The notes under the pieces were generated by a model, which made no database searches, was not told the DNA's origin, and was given only the letters and a program-made list of their open reading frames with translations. Made by a program: the position numbers and the translations under genes. DNA of 64,000 nucleotides from Camelus dromedarius (Eukaryota). The stretch is from the NCBI RefSeq assembly GCF_036321535.1, contig NC_087436.1, positions 45,572,001 through 45,636,000 of the forward strand, in the 5' to 3' direction. How positions within the stretch are numbered: position 1 is the first letter of the stretch; every line of letters starts with the position of its first letter. Shown here piece by piece: positions 60,491 through 64,000 of this stretch.

Positions 60491-62574
60491 AATTCACTAT
60501 TCCATTTCACCCTGTAACCTTTTACATTTTCTTCCACTTTTCTTTGTTCTTCATCTATATACTAGTTGAAGGCTATAACCACTGGCATTCCACCTTATTT
60601 ATACATGCATTATAGAATACGTATTTATATGGAAAAGATTATATACATACACTCTCGGAAAATAATGTTGCAGCCTAAGGGTTAAGCACGTGGGACAGCC
60701 CCCTCCTGACACACCCCCTGCGATCTCACTACTGGATTTTGCCATCTTTGATGTTTTTGGCCCCCCCAGAGCTAAAACCCTGAGCTACAGTGTGGGGTTT
60801 TATACACAGTTTCCTTTTCTATCGACTACACTAATTCCTTTCATACTAGAGGGAAAAACTGCCCCCGGGTGCTTCTCTGCTATGTTTTATTTATGAAAAC
60901 TCCAGAGAGTGTTTCTCAAGGCAGCCAATATCTCTACAAGGAGAAGGCAAGCAGTGTTTGCTATTCCTGCATCCTGCACAGCTCACAGCCATACGTGAGT
61001 TACTGTAAAATACCAGATCATTTTTGCAAAATGAGCACTTTATTTCCAAATTAGAAGCAGTTTTGATTTCAACTTTGTTTTAGAATCATGAAATCAATAC
61101 AACAGAAATAAAACTACTGAGCTTCCAAACTGACTTAGGTGGCCACGCCAAATCATTTTGTTCATTGACACGAAACTCAAATTTCCCTAGGACCCTCCAG
61201 CCTGTAGAGGCAAATTGTTTGCTGGTTTGTAGCTCCCGCTGATGCAGGACCTCTGACTTCCTGCCAAGTCCCTTGCCTCCAATTCCGGAAATTGCCAAAG
61301 GGAGTCTCACAGCCTCCATCAAGCACCTCTGTTATGTGGTCACTCTCACCCCACCTCCCTCCCATCCCCACCCGACCCAGCTGCAATTGCATGTCTCCAC
61401 TGGGCCCTGAAATCTCTATGCCTGGCCAAGTCCAGCAGCTCTTAGCAGGCACCACCACCCCTCCGAGAGGCAGGGCACCCTCTGCTCTGTGGTGGGGCAA
61501 GATGCCTCATTTCCCCATGGTTAGATGTGCTGTGTGAGAAAACTGGCTCCCTTCTCTACTTAGGAACCAGATCTGCATCCAGGGGCCAGGGGACTGATTA
61601 GGGAAACCATCACCCTGCATCAGAATGTTTATTTCCTCCCCAACCCTAGGCAAAGCTTGCCACTGGGTGAGCTCACTGGATCTAGTTTCTTCTTTTACTT
61701 GGATAAGTTTGTCCCTGGAAGGTCCTCAGCCCCACTGTAAACGGACCCCTGTGGCCACCACATCCCCCCAGACTTGCCCTGATATGTCTGATCATTGCAG
61801 AGGACACAGGTGGAGTTCCTTTTCTAGAAGCCCCCGAGGTCTCCTTCAGGCTCCCCATTACCTGCCCCACCACAGGTCCAGACATCTCCAAGACACACTT
61901 AAATTCAACCCAGGCATCCTGCCACATAAATAAATAGTGAAATGCAAACATACTGAAACCCAGTCCTTTCCTTTCCAGTGAAAACTGGCTTTTTGAATTA
62001 AACAGGCAAACTGCAGAAAGTCACGATAATTTCTTAGGTTTGCTCTGTTTATTCCTGACTCCGAGCCTTCCCATGTGCCCACTTCCTCTGCCTGGGAAAC
62101 AGAGGTCAGGGAACCCATGCTACAGTCTCATGGCTCTGAGCGTGTCTACCTTATGTGGCGTCTCACCACAGGAAATACACGATTAGTGATTTGTGGACTG
62201 TTGAAAAATCGTCTCCAGTAGACTACAAGCTTTGTAGGATGAAGAATTACGTTTGCCTGTTCTCCTTGCAAATTCCAGGATCTGGGAGAGGGCTACCTGT
62301 TTGTTGAAGGGATGAATAGTTGTTAGTGTGTAGTTGTGGATGTAAACTACAGCATTTTAGATCTCTGTCTTCTTTCTCCTCTGTGTATGTTTAGTGTGTG
62401 GTTGTAAATGTTTGTGTGCATTGGGAAGGCCCCTGTCCTTTTTCATTGTATAATTACAAAACAGGCAGAACTGTGTTTGAGCCATTGGATTCATTGCTTA
62501 AATTCCACTGGAAATTTTAAAATACTGTGCAACATAGTGGTTGGATTAGCAAAAGTTCTTGTCTAGGACTTCAG

Positions 62575-62790
62575 AAAACAGGCTCTGGAATCAGACTGCC
62601 CAGCTTTGCCATCTGCTCGAGGGTAGTTATTTGACTATCCTGTGCCTCAGTTTCCTCATCTGTGCAAAGGGTATAAGAATGGTACCTACCACATAAAGTG
62701 ACTGTGAGGAATTAATGAGCTAATCCCTGTAAAGCTGTTAGCATAGTACTTGGTACACAGTAATAAACGTTAGCTAATATTACTGTTATT
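62575..62790 (+). mobile_element. MIR
   Basis: ggctctggaatcagactgcc...ctgtgcctcagtttcctcatctgt...tgtgaggaattaatgag...ggtacacagtaa. Confidence 0.85.
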
Positions 62791-62992
62791 TCTTATTTTC
62801 TCTTTCCTGCGTGAGAGAGCCTCTGTTTATGCTTCCCTGTGATCCTCCAGAAGTTTGTCTATAGAACTTCACTGTCTTATTATTATGGCACATTCTGTAA
62901 ACAACAAAAATATCTTCTCCAGGCTAAGAGAGAGCAAGAGGCTGGATAAATTTAGGGGGAATCTAAAGTTCTTTCTGACATTTTTCTTGTGA

Positions 62993-63106
62993 TTTTTTTT
63001 TTCTTTGGGGGGTGGAGAGAGATAATTAGGTTTATTTCTTCGTGGAGGAGGTGCTGGGGGTTGAACCCAGGACTTCGTGCATGCTAAGCATGCACTCTAC
63101 CACTGC
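62993..63106 (-). mobile_element. tRNA-derived SINE (Vic-1-like, longer 3' tail)
   Basis: Reverse complement reads cagtggtagagtgcatgcttagcatgcacgaagtcctgggttcaacccccagcacctcc...aaataaacctaattatc + poly-A; homologous to 31227-31315. Confidence 0.85.
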
Positions 63107-63379
63107 ACTCCATGGTTTGTTTTTTGTTTGCTGCTTTTGATACTCATTCGTGATCAGCCAAGACCCTTGGGAGGAAGAAAAAAAATCTTTCAGCTGAGCA
63201 TGCACTATTCAGGCTCAGATATTATTACAACCCATCCTAAAAGATCTTTTTTTCTCCACAGCTGACTTCAAGTATGAATACTGTAATAAAAAAAATTCTT
63301 GAGAAGACAGAGGTGAATTCTTGTACTTAGTTCAGTATCAGGATTTTGGCATAACGCAATTATGATGCAATCTGAAAAT

Positions 63380-63890
63380 CGATCAGGGTCCTGTCAGGAT
63401 CCAGGAACCACACAGTAATTTGAATAGGCACAGTTTTAACATGGAGAATTATTTCCAAGCAATGAGAGATTAACTTACACAAGGGTAAAGAAAACTCTAA
63501 GGAATACCCTAGGGCTGAAGTGAATGTACCCAAGGAGGGAACAAACTTGGAAAGGAGGCTTCCCTTCCGGGCTGGGCTGCAGGCTTCATTGGACAAGGAG
63601 TGATTCCAGTGATTAGATGGAGGAGAAGTTCTCTGGGATGCTTCAGGCCAGGGCTGATCCATAGCTGCCAGGCTGGCAGGCAGGGAAAGGTGGGATGGAC
63701 AGGCAGGCTGGACGCCTGTTGCTAGAGCACCAGTGAGGTGAAGCTGGGGGGTCAGAAACCCCAGGGACCAGTAAGTAGGAACCCCCAGCAGCATGAATGC
63801 AACTCAAGGTTGGTAGATAAGGAACCATGGCCAGGACTGAAAAGAAAAAAAAAAAAAAAAAAAGACCCTGACAGGACCCTCACTGACAAG
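63380..63890. mobile_element. Probable ERVL-class LTR relic
   Basis: tcagggtcctgtcagga...aaccacacagtaatttgaa..tttaacat..agaatt resembles LTR40/LTR50-type ends. Family is uncertain. Confidence 0.4.
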
Positions 63891-64000
63891 CATCTGACTT
63901 TCAAACAGAATAGCTTTTCTACACCATGGTTCTGACAGGTAAGCCTGTCAAGAACAAACACATGTGTGTGTTTTTATGAGGCTTTCTAGTAAAAGAAACT

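Noticed and set aside
61345..61354. SRE-like CTCACCCCAC downstream of the gene
   Set aside because: Isolated motif in a C-rich patch with no supporting context.
1..64000. CRISPR array, prokaryotic operon, rRNA, NUMT or a second protein-coding gene
   Set aside because: No regularly spaced repeats, operon-like ORF density or recognisable exons other than ELOVL6 were seen by eye.

Overview
Mammalian genomic DNA, most likely a camelid: it carries a tRNA-Ala-like short SINE resembling Vic-1 and no recognisable ruminant or pig SINEs. The window holds the 3' three coding exons of the fatty acid elongase gene ELOVL6 on the + strand (11386-11517, 47866-48017, 54044-54468, all GT-AG). Its 3' UTR has several candidate poly(A) sites, and the first coding exon lies upstream of the window. 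The rest is intron and flank dense in retroelements: many truncated LINE-1 copies (mostly antisense, several with readable target-site duplications), L2, MIR, MER20, MaLR/ERV LTRs and microsatellites. Almost all ORFs in the track are spurious or decayed L1 ORF2. I found no convincing novel multi-gene system. The most interesting items are a twin-primed 5'-inverted L1 with a perfect TSD, reverse-complementary L1 pairs bracketing an in-frame exon, a dense nuclear-receptor/E-box motif cluster at ~21.1 kb, alternative polyadenylation and miRNA architecture, a sharp GC3 jump in the last exon, and an LTR-like element bounded by inverted repeats. Repeat family names and boundaries are by eye and approximate.
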